A stretch of DNA of 64,000 bases from positions 28,584,001 to 28,648,000 of the forward strand of contig NC_045696.1 of NCBI RefSeq assembly GCF_009834535.1, read 5' to 3'. The notes under the pieces are model-generated. The model was not told the DNA's origin. It did no database searches and worked only from the letters and a program-made list of their open reading frames with translations. The first letter of the stretch is position 1. Every line of letters starts with the position of its first letter. The DNA comes from Camelus ferus (Eukaryota). Made by a program: the position numbers and the translations under genes. Positions 39,601 through 52,773 of the stretch are shown one piece after another.

Positions 39601-42289
39601 TTACCTGTAAATGTATTAATTAATATTTACTTGATCATGTTTCTGGCTGAATTGAATTGTTGCTATGATATTAAGATTTATTAAAATAAAATAGCAAAAA
39701 AGATAAGTTATATAAACTAATAATAATACTTCTATTTGAAGTGCAATTGTTAAACTTAATGGTGTTTTATCTGTATATTTCTTTCATGCCCCTCCCTGCA
39801 TTTATTGTAGTTAAATCCACATTACTAGTGTTTTTATTAAGATAAATGAGTTTTCTTGTTATAGAAACTAGGATATTAAAATATATTGTTAAAAACTGAA
39901 AACCATAGAGCCGAAGGTCCTTTGGATATATTTAACTCTTTGTATTTTTTATTAGATTAAAAGATTTAATCTAAAAAGATTTAAAAATTATTTTATATCT
40001 TTTTTGTATAGCAACTGAATTTTAAAAATCATGCATGTTGCCTATAAGACTTTTAAATGTAACCAGGTTAATTAGTAGAAAATTCTAAACCATATGTTTT
40101 TAGAAAAATGAATAATCTTTCCTTCTTGATTCTTTCCCTTAATATAAAGAGATGCTCATGTTTCTTATATGAACATATCTACTTTTTAAATATCTGCATA
40201 ATATTTTACAGTTAACATATCATTATTGATGTAGCTAATTCCCTATAGATGCAAAATTAGGTTGTTTCTAATTATCCTATTACTAATTATGTAATAGTAT
40301 CTTTACACATACATTTTTTGCTTACATCTATATAGTTTTCTGCAGGGTAAATTCCAAGAAAATATTTTATTTTTCATATGAAACTTAATAGAGACAATAC
40401 TGTAAATTATCTTTGACAGTATTCAATGATAATAATTATGTAGAGTGTATATTTTACCTACTTTGGCAAAAGTGCATTGTGCTTTTGTAAAATTTTATCA
40501 CATATGTACTGATGCACACAGATGTAGGACACATTTTAAAAATTAACTGTCTTGCATATGTATTGCACACACAAAGATGGTTTTATTTATGTATATCTAT
40601 CCTTTACAAAACTTGTAGTCATTTTTTAATTGTTCAATTCAAGGAGCTTAAACTTGGAATTAACAATTACAAAATCAAACAATAAATAAATAAATGTATT
40701 AGTCCTTACAAAAAGAACATAGAACAGTCAACTATGATGAAATCCATGAAAGCAAGAGACAAATGTTGAGTCTGAATGCTGGGTCACCACCATCCTGGAG
40801 AAGAGAGATGGTTGAGATCGGCTTCAGATTACAGAGTCCAGTGGGGAGGAGCTAATGTTATTCATGAAACACAGATTAGAGGTTAGACAGCCTTTGCTGA
40901 TAGAGGGTAATTACAGGGGACTATAAAGAAGTGTTTTGTATTGTACTTCATGTTACTTAATATTCAAGTATAGGTCAACTAAATAAATCTCAGTTATCTT
41001 GCAATGTATACAAGTAGTCTCAAAATTCCGTGTCAAGCAGTCATTCTGTGATATTGGTGTTGAGATGAATTCAAGATCCCCCATGACGCTTTCCTCTTTT
41101 ATGGCACTTTTCCTCTTATTTCACTGGTCAGGTTCATTGAAAGCGAGTCTCCCTATGATTCATGTTACTCTAGATTAGTGATGTCAACTTGCAAAGTTGT
41201 GAAAACCTTGCTCTTTCATTGTCTGACCACCGTTCTCTGCCCAGCACCAGGGCTGTGAGGAGCACTGCTCTTTCTAGCACCGTCTCAGGAATATACCATC
41301 ACTGCTGAATAAAGCTCTTCAGTATCACGTTGATGCAGTTTATGACATGACTGATTCCTTGGGCCTCTGTATGTTATTTTTTTTTTCCTCAGAATAATTA
41401 GCCACCTAGAATCTCAATATAATGGTGTCATACAGTTTTGGTGGGTTTACAGGTTTGTAGGTTATAATAATCTCTTTTATTAGAATATATTAAAAATGAA
41501 AGTCAAGGGTATTACAAAAGACCACACACACAAAAAAAAAAGCACAAATGGACAAGGGATATTTGATGGGAAAGAAATACCTGAGTGTGTAAGATATGTA
41601 GAGATTTAAAAGGCAAACTCTTGTTATTTTATTTGGTAAAGATTCTGATTATATATATTAACGATTTATTTAAAAATAAATGGATCAATTCCTTTTAGGT
41701 TTATAATTGTTAGATAACTCTCCACAAGTGCAGGGTTCTTTGTGACTTTTCTAACTCAAATAAATCTTAAAAGATACGAGAGCAATTTTAAGTTTAAGTT
41801 TTATTATAATTTAAAAACTGTATAAATGTTATTATAAATACTTTATATTAATTACAAAATACTTTGGAGGAAAATAACAATGACTATTATATTGTATCAT
41901 ATAGTAACACATTATATATCAATGAGTATATAAAAATAAGACAGTTACAAATTATGTCCCTCCTTCATCAACTCAGAAACCATCTGGTGATTTTTTTTAA
42001 TTTTTAAAAATATTTCTACTATAGAAAAGAACTTAAAATTTTAAAAAATATTCTCCCTAATGACTTAATTTTAGCAAAGTGTGCATACATCAAACAGATG
42101 TTATACAGAAGTGTTATCTGTGTATTAAAAAGAGAGTGAGTAGGAGGAGGGGGAAGAAAGAGAGAACTGCTTCTTTCTTCATTTGTTTTATAGGAGGGAC
42201 TTTTCTGAGCACCTGTCTGCATGTCCTTCTGTGTCTACAGGCTTGTATTGAATCAAAGGCTTTAGTTCTAAATTCATCTGTATTAATTA

Positions 42290-43770
42290 CTAGCTGTTTC
42301 TTTTTCTTAAATTAACCATTTGATTATCCTTGTGCTAATACCACACTGTCTTTATTACATTAGCTTTATAATGTCCTGATGGCATAGAGTAAAACCCTCC
42401 AAATGTGCACTTCTCATTCAGTATTGCCTTTTTACTTCTTTTGTATTTTAGTTTTGCAATTTTTTCAAAAAACTTTTTAAAAAGACTCCTGGGATTTCTA
42501 TTTGGATTTCATAGAGTGTACAAATCGATTTGAGCAGAATTGGAATCTTAGCAATATTGCTTTTTTTCTTATCTATGAATACAGTATTTTTTAAAATTTA
42601 TTTAGGTTTCTATAATTTTCTCACTCATAATGTGACATTTTCAAGGGCAAAAGCTTCCACACATTTTATTTAATATATTTGTTATATTTCATTTTGGGAT
42701 TCCATTTATATTGCATATTTGAGCCATATTTTCCATTACTAGTTATGTGGAAATTCAATTTATTTCTTCTGTGTTGACCCTTGTCATTTGCCATGTTTAC
42801 TTATTAGTTCTGGTAGCTTTTCTGTCACTTTTAAAGTATTTTCTGTGTATGCAATAATTTCACCTATAATTAAAGTCATTTTCACTTCTTCTAAACTATA
42901 TGCTTTGTATTTATTTGTTTTTACTGATTTATTGCATTAACTAGCTCTGTCAACACAATGTTGAACAGAAGTGGTAAGAGTAAACCTTCTTGATTGGTTT
43001 TTCAACTTAGGGATAAATTCATTTGTTCTTTCACCATTAATTATGATGCTAGAGTTAGGTTTTATGTTGATTATTCTCATTAAGTTGAAGAAGTTCTCTA
43101 ATTCCCAGTATTCTTAAAAAGTATGTTATCAAAAATGGGTATTGAATTTTGTTAAATGTTTTTTTTTCCTGCATCTAACTAGATGATCATGTGTTTCATT
43201 CCATTTTAATCTGATAAGTTAAATTAATTTTTCAAATATGAAAATCAAATGTTTTACCAGAATAATTTCTACCTGGTTCTGATGTATTATCAGTTCTGCA
43301 TATTACTGGATTTGATTGCCTAAAATTTTGTCGGATCCTTGCAGTTATGTTCATGAGGCATATTGATCTTTAGCAGTTTTTGTTTGTTTTGCTTTGTTTC
43401 TTGTTCTGGGGGACATTTTTGAGTAATTTTCTTGTAATGTCTTTTGTTGCTGATGATATTAGGTAAATGCTGGCCTCAAAAAATGCTGTAGGAGGTAATA
43501 TTTCTTCTCCTATTTAGTGGAATATTTTATGCACATTAGGTTATTTCCTCTTTAAATGACTTGTAGAATGACTTTTGGAGGCCATTTGAACCTGAGTTTT
43601 CTTGTAGAAGGTTTAGGAGCTATGATTTCCATTTTTAAGAGACAAACAGCTACTCAGATTACATAATTCCTTATAAATGAGCTTTAATGTTTATATCTTT
43701 AGGGAATTCATTTTAATTTAATGATCTTTCCTCATTATCCTTTTCGTATCTGTAGGATCTCTAGTGATGT
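42290..43770 (-). mobile_element. Ancient L1 ORF2 fragment
   Basis: acaatgttgaacagaagtggtaagag, ttcaccattaattatgatgctag and ttgaattttgttaaatgttttttt..ctgcatct are colinear with 54560-54780. Confidence 0.8.
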
Positions 43771-44119
43771 CCATTAATTAATATTTGACAAATCTCATTT
43801 GATAACTTATTAACTTATCACATCTCCTGGATGTCTAATAGGCATTTCAAATATATGACCCAAATAGAGTTCTTGATGCACAACGGTCTTTCAAAAACTA
43901 TTACATCTGCTGAATATTTATACATTATCTAACTAGCTTCTTGAACCTATTTGATGTGCCATTCTTTATTTCTTTATTTTCCCCCTTCTCATTATTATTC
44001 CAATCTAGCTATTCAATATATATCAATATTTTTTAATCAGTAAATATTTCTAACTATTTTTCTCTAACACTATTGTCATCACATAAATCTTTCCATTCTG
44101 GCTGGAGACACAAGAAATA

Positions 44120-45665
44120 TTCACAGGCTCTAGTGATTTTTTTTTTTCCCTTTCAGTAGTTTTCTCCTGGTTTCATTGACAGTACACCATGCACACACAG
44201 ATCAGTACTCAGCCAATATTCAACCAAACATTCTATTCTAGTAGACCCCCCTGCAAATCTCTCGCTCTCCCTTGTTCCCTCTTCTGTGGGAAATCCCTCT
44301 CTGCTAATTCTAGCTACTTCAACCTCCTGTATTTTTATCTCTATCCTCCCAATTCAGTGGACTCTCGGCTCTGTTTGAGTTCTCCCTCTTTGCACTACAG
44401 ATTAACTATTTCTGAGCAGTTAGTTCAGCAATTACAGAGCTCACCTTATTTGGTTCTGTTTTCTCAGAATTTGCAATTCTGTGCTGCCTTGGTCCAATGC
44501 CTGGGAAAGTGGTTTTACACATTTTGTCCAATTCTCAGAATTATTTTCATTTATTTTCTTTCTCTTTCCTCTTCCACACTTTTATTTCTTGGACTTGATA
44601 AATATATTTTAGATCTTTTCATATTGCCTAATAGATTTCTGAGACTCTTCATTTTCTGAGCCTTTCCATGTGTATGTTTATCATTTCAAACATGGTGCAT
44701 TCCAGTTCATCAATATATTCTAAAAGTTTCTTATCTCCTATTTAAATGACCCAGTAAAATTTGTATTTCACATAATTTCATTTCATCACTAAATGTTCAT
44801 TTGATTCTAATTTTTATCTTCCATTTCTGTCATTTCTCTCTTTAGGTTTGTGATTTTCTTTAAATCCTTGTGAAAATACTTATTGTAGTTATAACAACTG
44901 TTTTAAGTACTTGCGAGCCTATTTTATTATTACTGTCTTTTTAGTCTCTCTCTGTGGACTAATTGTTCTACTATTTATAGATTATATTTTACTGCTTTTA
45001 CATATGTAGTGGGTTTTAACTGGTTGCTATATATTTCATGTTGATAAATACTGGATTTGTTGAATTTCTTTAAAAAGTAGAGGTCTTTGGGCTGGTAGCT
45101 CAGATATACATAGATCATCCAGATCTGACACGTATTTTTAACTTTTAAATAAAAAAAGGTTAAATTCCGTTACCCATTACGGTATTGCTAGTAGAGCCCA
45201 CTAATATGACATTACCACAACGGGGTTCTCCATGGAAACACAGCAGGTTGAGCAAGGACTCACTATTACACTGGTCACTACTCAAACATCTCCTAACCCT
45301 GTGTGAGTGTTGGGCACTTTTCATTTTACTAGAGTTAGATTTTTCTCAGCCCCATGGAATTTCATGCCACATGTATATGGATTAGTTGTCAGTTACAAAC
45401 TCCAGGAACGCTTCATCACTTTTCTGGAGCTGTTTCTCAATGCAGCACTCTCTTCTCAAACTCTGCAAGTGCTCCAGACACATCCGCCGTTTTGAACTGT
45501 GATATTTGTCTTTTCAATGCAATGTGAAAGCTGGGTGTCATCTCATTGTAATATTATCTGGAAAGTGTTTTCAGGCAGAGAGACTGGGCAGCTGTAGAAG
45601 TCACCTGCTTTATTTTTGTTTTCCTAGGGCTCGCAGTCTTGTGCTGCCTACTGTCCAATATCAAA
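44120..45665 (-). mobile_element. Ancient L1/HAL1-like 5'-region fragments
   Basis: gtgctgcct..gtccaat motif at ~44481 and ~45641 (also at 33554), with pyrimidine-rich decayed ORF1-like sequence. Confidence 0.5.
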
Positions 45666-45682
45666 AGACAGCTGTCCCATTT

Positions 45683-46246
45683 TTTTGACAATTTTTTTTA
45701 TTTTTAATTTTTTTAGGATTAATTTTTTTAAACTTTTTTTTATTGAGTTACAGTAATTTTACAATGTTGTGTCAAATTCCAGTGTAGAACAAAATGACAA
45801 CCTATGGAATGGGAGAAAATTGTTGCAAATGATGAAAACGACAAAGGCTTGATCCCCAGAATATATAAGGAGCTCATATAACTTAATAAGAAAAAAACAA
45901 ACAACCCAATCCAAAAATGGGCAGAAGACCTAAACAAGCCATTTTCCAAGGAAGAAATACAAATAATCAATAGGCACATGAAAAAATGCTCAATATCACT
46001 AATTATTAGAGAAATGCAAATCAAAACTACAATGAGGTATCACCTCACACCAGTCAGAATGGCCATCATTCAAAAGTCCACAAATGATAAATGCTGGAGA
46101 GGCTGTGGAGAAAAGGGAACACTCCTACACTGCTGGTGGGAATGCAGTTTGGTGCAGCCACTGTGGAAAACAGTATGGAGATTCCTCAAAAGACTAGGAA
46201 TAGACTTACCGTATGACCCAGGAATCCCACTCCTGGGCATATATCC
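45683..46246 (-). mobile_element. Short 5'-inverted (twin-primed) young L1 insertion
   Basis: A T-rich tail plus the last ~50 nt of L1 3'UTR in minus orientation (45683-45788) is fused to a plus-oriented ORF2 C-terminal segment (45789-46246, [22 protein letters not shown]...). TSD agacagctgtc(c/t)cattt at 45666-45682 and 46247-46263. Confidence 0.92.
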
Positions 46247-46344
46247 AGACAGCTGTCTCATTTATTTTTATTCCAGGCTTCTAACTGTTTTCGAGTGAAT
46301 AATAGTCCAGTCCCAGCAAAGGAGAAGAAACACTTGGAACCAAC

Positions 46345-47380
46345 TCAACTAATTAAAACTAAGTAAAGAGTTCTAGTTTCAAAAATATCTACTAGATTCA
46401 TTGACAATTTTAGGACATGTGTCTGAGAGGAAGGAATCTGTTGGAACTTTCTCTGGGTACAGAGGAGATGCCAGGTGTCAGTTTTTGATTGTTCTGCTTT
46501 GTTTTTTCTGGCCCACCTTCTACCTAGCCGGTCCAGCACTGGCAGGTGCCATTCTAACTTTCCCGATCTAACTTACTAGTTCTGCTCACTATGCCCCAGG
46601 TTCACATGGGGACCTGACCCGCCTGGTGTTCCTCCAGAGGGGCTACCCCTGCCCCAAAAGACATGATGGCTAGCCTTGGGTAGTACTGGAGTGCCTCTAA
46701 AGCAGCCCCCACCCTGGGGGCCAGTCCCATACACCGTAGTGCTTGCAACAGTTGAAGCTGTGCCTTACTGCCAGCTGCCCCGGGGGCCAACCCAGCACAT
46801 CAACACACCTGCAGCAATCATGGTCAAGCCATAACAGGAAGGCACATGCAGCCCACACCAGGAATACATGTGGAGCACCTGGCCCTTGCACCCAGCTGGA
46901 CCATGCTACTGGGCCCTAAAGAACACTTTCTACACAAAGCCCCTCTTTCAAGACTGGGAATACATAGAAACAAACAGAGTTAGGGCAAATGAAGAAACAA
47001 AGGAATATTTTTCAAACAAAAGAACAAGACAAAAGCTTCAGAAAAAGAACTCAATGAAAGGGAGATTAGCATTATTCCAAACAAAAAATTCAAAGTAAGA
47101 TCATAAAAATGCTCACTGAGCTTAGGAGAAGGATGGAGAAGCACAGTGAGAGCTTCAACAAAAATATATAAAATATGCAATCAGAGCTGAAGAATACAAT
47201 AACTGAAATGAAAAATACACTGGAGAAAAGTAGCAGCAGCTTAGACAATGCAAGAGAACTAATCAGGGATCTGGACGATGAGCTAGTAGAAAACACCTAA
47301 ATGCAACAGCAAAAAACAAAAAAGGAAACATACAAAAAACGACCAGAATAGTTTAAGGGAACTTTGAGACAGCATCAAGC
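46345..47380 (+). mobile_element. L1 5'UTR remnant plus N-terminal half of ORF1 (3'-truncated)
   Basis: From ATG 46989 it reads MKKQRNIFQTKEQDKASEKELNEREIS...KMLTELRRRMEKHSESFN...ELKNTITEMKNTLE, paralogous to ORF1 at 57869. Similarity stops at ~47380. Confidence 0.8.
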
Positions 47381-47509
47381 TTATTGAGTTACTATGTTGT
47401 AGTCATGAAATTAAAACAATACTGTATGTCACCTATAACTTTAATTATGACAAACATCAATTTGTTTTCAACCTCATTTACTTTTAATAATTCAAGTAAT
47501 ATATCAAGA

Positions 47510-47750
47510 ATAATAATGACTAACATTTATTGAGTGCTAGCTACATTCTAGGGCATGTGTGCATTGCACTATGGAATCCTTGCAACAATTTTACAAAATA
47601 AAAAAAGATTACTAGACCCCTTTTAGTATTGAAGAATTTGAGACACATACAGTTTAAGTAACTTGTCAAATTTCAAGTATGAATGAAGTAAATGGTAAAG
47701 ACTGGATTCAAATCCAGACAGATCAGCTCTATTTTTAACCATGAAATGTT
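47510..47750 (-). mobile_element. MIR SINE
   Basis: taacatttattgagtgctagct...tttaagtaacttgtc...aatggtaaagactggattcaaatccagaca. Confidence 0.75.
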
Positions 47751-49740
47751 GCTTCTTATCCCATCAGATTTTTTTTAATCTAAATCTGTTTCAGATATAT
47801 TCAGCTATGCTTTTGTATCTAAAAGCTTCATATCTGGGAATGAATAGCAGTAGAACAGATTTTAGTGTTATCACCGCTTGGTAACCTAGTTTATCAATTA
47901 AACTGTTAATATAAATTGAAAGACTTCAATAAATCTTATAGAGGTGTCTTGTGATTTTAAGCAAGCACAACATACATAGGAAAAAAGAGTTTTTTTCCCT
48001 ACTTCATATAAATAGCAAACAGGAATATAATATCACTAGAAGAAATCAAGAGATTCTAAAAAAGTCTAGGAAACTTGTGGTTTTGAGTCATCATTAGCTT
48101 TCTATTATACCCTTGATCTGGTGGGATGTCTATATACCTCATGTCCACAAATTCTCTAGATTTCTGCCATTAGGTTTTGCTTGAAATACAAATTAAATTA
48201 TTCAAGCCTTTATTTCAGCATAATTTTAAAAAGTTAATTGCTTTCCTCTTGCATTTTTGAAGATAAGCAAAATAATCACCAATTTTCCAGTCATTACATG
48301 CCTTACCTTGCCCCTAACTTCTTGGCACATTACCTCTGGATGTTTCGTAGCCTACTTTCCTGATCTTTAGATGCTGATGTGGTCACTTAAAATATGAAAA
48401 CAGATGGCTGTAGTCGTATTTAAAAACTATTAAAACAATGCTAATAGTTTAATCAAATAATAAAAGACTTTATTTAAAGCTTTGGGCTAGTTGCTGAAAT
48501 TAGCACACTGAACAGGAAAAAAAAAAAAAAAAAAGAAAACCCACAATATCCCTCATCATTACTTCATAAGAGCTTTAGCCAACGCCTCTTACTGCTCATC
48601 TGGCCGCACACTAAATTGCTAAAATCTCTGTCCCAGGTTCCTCCAAAATTCCTGCTTTGTTGATTCCCTCAGATGATAAATAAAAACCATTTAGTTATAC
48701 AGTTTTACTTCTGTGTTCATCAACCTTTTCTAATACAGCAGATCATTTCTTTATCTTAGAAAAATTTCAATCATTTTCCCAGACATCTAGAAGGAAACTC
48801 TCTGTAGAATGTACACTCAGGAAATATTGATACAATGATTTTCAAGTTTTTATTGAAGTCTGATACATGATAAGGTATTTCAAAAATAGTTGAAAGATTC
48901 AGTGTTATAAAGAGATATAGATATGGGTATCTGGGAATGTTATTTAACACAAAAATACGTGTGTGTCAGATATCACCAGTGTGTTCAATATTTTATCTTT
49001 ATTTAAAATAAGATTCTAAATGATTCTCGCAGTCTTTTTAATAACGTGTTCCTGTAATATTGTCTCTTTTTAAATATCTGTTTGAATTTAACAAAGGAAA
49101 ATCCTACATTGTTATAAAAGACATGATCACAACTTTAACATGAAAAGTGATATTGGGACCTAGATTGTATATCCTCCATTGTTTTACAGAGAAATTGCAC
49201 TATATTGTAGTGCCTCATACACTTCTATCACAATAAAATTGATTCAAATGAACTTTGTCACAGTGTTGACCCTCTGAATTTATTTCTGAGATAAAGCAAA
49301 TTGCTTTATTTTGACTAGATTTATGAAGATGTATTTCTACATCTGTAAAATCTTAATCACAGTGGACAATTTTTTCAGCAGGCCTCTTTGACTTTTTAAA
49401 AGTCTAATGAGCACGATGGCTGTCACATCATCACTTCAATAAGTGCTAAAGGGATTTGATACCTAAAATATTGCTAAAGGAGGGTGAAGGGTAAAACAGA
49501 ATAGCTCTCTTAATGGAAGAAGCTTAATATAATCCCAATCATTATTGTATTTTGAAAGTACACAGATACTAATTTGGACTTCTAAAAACAGGAATGTTTT
49601 TAGTTTTTCAAGTTTTTCAGAGAACATATTTTCCTAACAACAAAATATCAGTTTAATAAGTGGGTGTAAGGAAAAAGTATCACAAAATAAAGAACATTTA
49701 TTGTTGTATTATAATTAAGAAATACTTTCTATTCTAAAAC

Positions 49741-49766
49741 ATATATATATATATATATATATATAT
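49741..49766. repeat. (AT)n microsatellite
   Basis: 13 AT units. Confidence 0.95.
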
Positions 49767-49879
49767 GATCATCTTATTATGTCATTTTAAATTACATTCA
49801 AGCCTGTGCTGCTTTAGAAATATTATCTTAAACACAAACATGGAATACAGAAATTAGGCAAAGTTGTGGCTTGTCAACT

Positions 49880-50398
49880 TCATTTTTTCCCCAAGTTTAT
49901 TGAGTTATAATCAGCATATAGCATTGTGTAAGTTTAAGGTGTGCACCATAAAGATTTCTGTATTGCAAAATGATCTTTGCAATAAGTTTACCTGATATCA
50001 TCACCTAACATAATTACAATTTTTTTGTTCATTCTGATGAGAACTTTGAAGATTTTAAGCTGCTCTTAGCAACTTCCAAGTATACAATATTATTAACTAC
50101 AGTCATTATGTACATTACATCCCAGAACTTTGTACAGTAACTGAAAATTTTTATCTTTTAACCAACTTTACCAAATTTTCCCATCCTTCCCCCTCCCCTT
50201 AACTTCTGACTATCACGAATCTGGTCACTGTTTTTATGAGGGTTTTTTTTTTTTTTTTGATTCCACATATAAGTGAGATCATTCAGTATTTGTCTTTTTG
50301 GTCTGACTTATTTCACTTAGTATAATGCCCTCAAGTTCCATCCATGTTGTCACACATGGCAAGATTTCTCTTTTTATGGCTGAATAGTGTTTTGTTGT

Positions 50399-50436
<38 letters not shown>

Positions 50437-51632
50437 ATTACAATTGCCAAGATATGAAAACACTAAGCGTCCATTAATGGATAAATGGGTAAAATATGTG
50501 ACAGATATAGAGGGAATGATAGATAAACAAATGTGATATATAGATACGTAGATACACACACACGAATATCACATTGTCTGAATCTACATATCCATTGATG
50601 GACGCAGTATTTTCATGTCTTGACTATTGTAAATAACACTGCAGTATACATTTGAATTCAGAAATCTCAAAATAGTGATTTTGTCTCCTTCAGTTATATA
50701 TTCAGAAGTGGAATTACAGGATCATATGGTAGTCCTGTTTTTAATTTTTTGAGGTACCTGTACACACTGTTTTCCACAGTGGTTATACCAATTTACATTC
50801 TCATATCAGTGAAAAAGGGTTCACTTTTCTCCATATTCTTATCAGCATTTATTATCTCATTTTTTGATAATAGCCATTCTGACAGATGCGAGGTGATATC
50901 TCATTGCAGATTTGATTCCCATTTCCCTGGTGATTAGTGACACTGAGCACCTTTTCGTGTACGTGACCACTGAATATCTTCTTTGAAAAAATAATCTATT
51001 TGGGTACTTTGCCTATTTTTTAAATAGATTAGTTGTATTTTGTTTGTTTGTGTGTTTTGTTTTGCTATTGAATTGCATAGGTTCCTTATATATTTTGTGT
51101 ATTAATCCCTTATCAGATGTATGGTCTGAAAATATTTTCTTCCATTCTGTAGGTTACCTTTTCAATTTTGTTTTTCATTTCTTATGCTGTACAGAAGAGT
51201 TTTATTTTCGTGTAGTCCTGATTACTTATTTTTGATTTTGTTGCTTGTGCTTTAGGTGTCTAAAAAAAAATCATTGCCAAGACCCAAATAACAAAATGTT
51301 TCCTATGATTTTTTCCTAGACATTTTATGGTTTAGGACTTATATATGTATGTCTTTAATCCATTTGGGGTTAATTTCTGTAAGTGCCATAAGACAGGGAA
51401 CTAGATTAAATTTTTTGCACTTGAATATTCAACTTTCCCAGGACCATTTACTAAAAAGACTATATTTTCTCCATTGAATATCCTCAAGTCCCACATCAAA
51501 TATCAGTTTACATGAGTTTATGCATCGATTTATTTCTGGGTTTTCAGTTCTGCTCCAGGAGTCTATGTGTCTTTTTTATGCCAGCACCATAATCTGCTGA
51601 TTACTATAGATTTGTAATATAGTTTGAAATTA
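49880..51632 (-). mobile_element. 5'-truncated L1 (L1MA9-like/early laurasiatherian)
   Basis: 3' end tttattgagttataat..cattgtgtaagtttaaggtgt, then attccacatataagtgagatc, with ORF2 C-terminal homology to 52780-53950. Confidence 0.88.
50397..50432. repeat. (GT)n microsatellite inside L1
   Basis: GT run with one interruption. Confidence 0.95.
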
Positions 51633-52773
51633 GCCTTACACTTTAAAGATAGTATCATAATTTCTTTTACATTTAGGACACATTTCTAATAGAATCATAA
51701 TCTTCACACTTGAAAATCTTCTAAACCAAGCACTAATGCATTCATTTATGAAACAATACCCATTGATTTTAAACTGGAAGAAAATGGCTGGTATTTTCTC
51801 TCATACACATTCTTATCTTAACAGCAAAAGATAGAAAAATATATACTGCTCTGGAAATGTACATTAAATCAAATTTTCAAGCACGTTTTGTTTTGGGGCT
51901 AAGATATCAGTCAATTAAGCCATAAAACATAAAGTAAATACTGAGTATGAACTTTTGAAAGTTAAGTGCCAGTTGGTCAGATGGTAGAAACAAACCAAAC
52001 ACAATAAAATTAAAAAAAAAAACTATGTGTATAAATAAATATATATATATATATAAATATATTTGTGTGTATATATTTTTTGTCTGTATATATTTATATA
52101 TTTGAAACATATTTCCTTTTAGTTCTGGCTAATGCCAAATAGACTAATACAAGCAAATAAATAAAAAACTAGTGTTAATGACTCAATGATAATCATTTTA
52201 ATTAAATAAATGAAAATAAGCTGTATCTTACCTGAGCTAATAAACCTTGTGTAGCACTTTCCTTTTAATGATACGTTGTATAAGATTTTTATTACGAAAA
52301 TATGTATTCTTGGTGCCTAAGTTATTTTATTTTCTTGTAAAAATTCTTTAAAGAATTACATATCATTTTATTTTTAGTATTAAAACATTTAAATATTACT
52401 TAATATTATATGTCATATGTATATACATACATACACACACACGTTTTGTGTTTGTGTATTTTTTTTAATTTTTATTGATTTATAATCATTTTACAATGTT
52501 GTGTCAAATTCCAGTGTTCAGCACAATTTTTCAGTTATTCATGGACATATACACACTCATTGTCACATTTTTTTCTCTGTGAGTTATCATAACATTTTGT
52601 ATATATTTCCCTGTGCTATACCGTGTAGTCTATTCTACAATTTTGAAATCCCAGTCTATCCCTTCCCACCCTCCACCCCCCTGGTAACCACAAGTCTGTA
52701 TTCTCTGTCTGTGAGTCTATTTCTGTCCTTTATTTACGCTTTGTTTTTGTTTGTTTGTTTTTGTTTTTGTTTT

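Noticed and set aside
41240..41285. REST/RE1-like cagcacc half-sites
   Set aside because: The right half (GGACAG) is missing, so the match is too weak.
44189..44659. 156-aa plus-strand ORF
   Set aside because: It falls within a pyrimidine-rich decayed repeat and has a low-information Leu/Ser/Phe composition.
52232..52316. Candidate minus-strand exon ending in CAG|GTAAGA
   Set aside because: The donor is good but there is no polypyrimidine tract at the acceptor and the one open frame is not recognisable.
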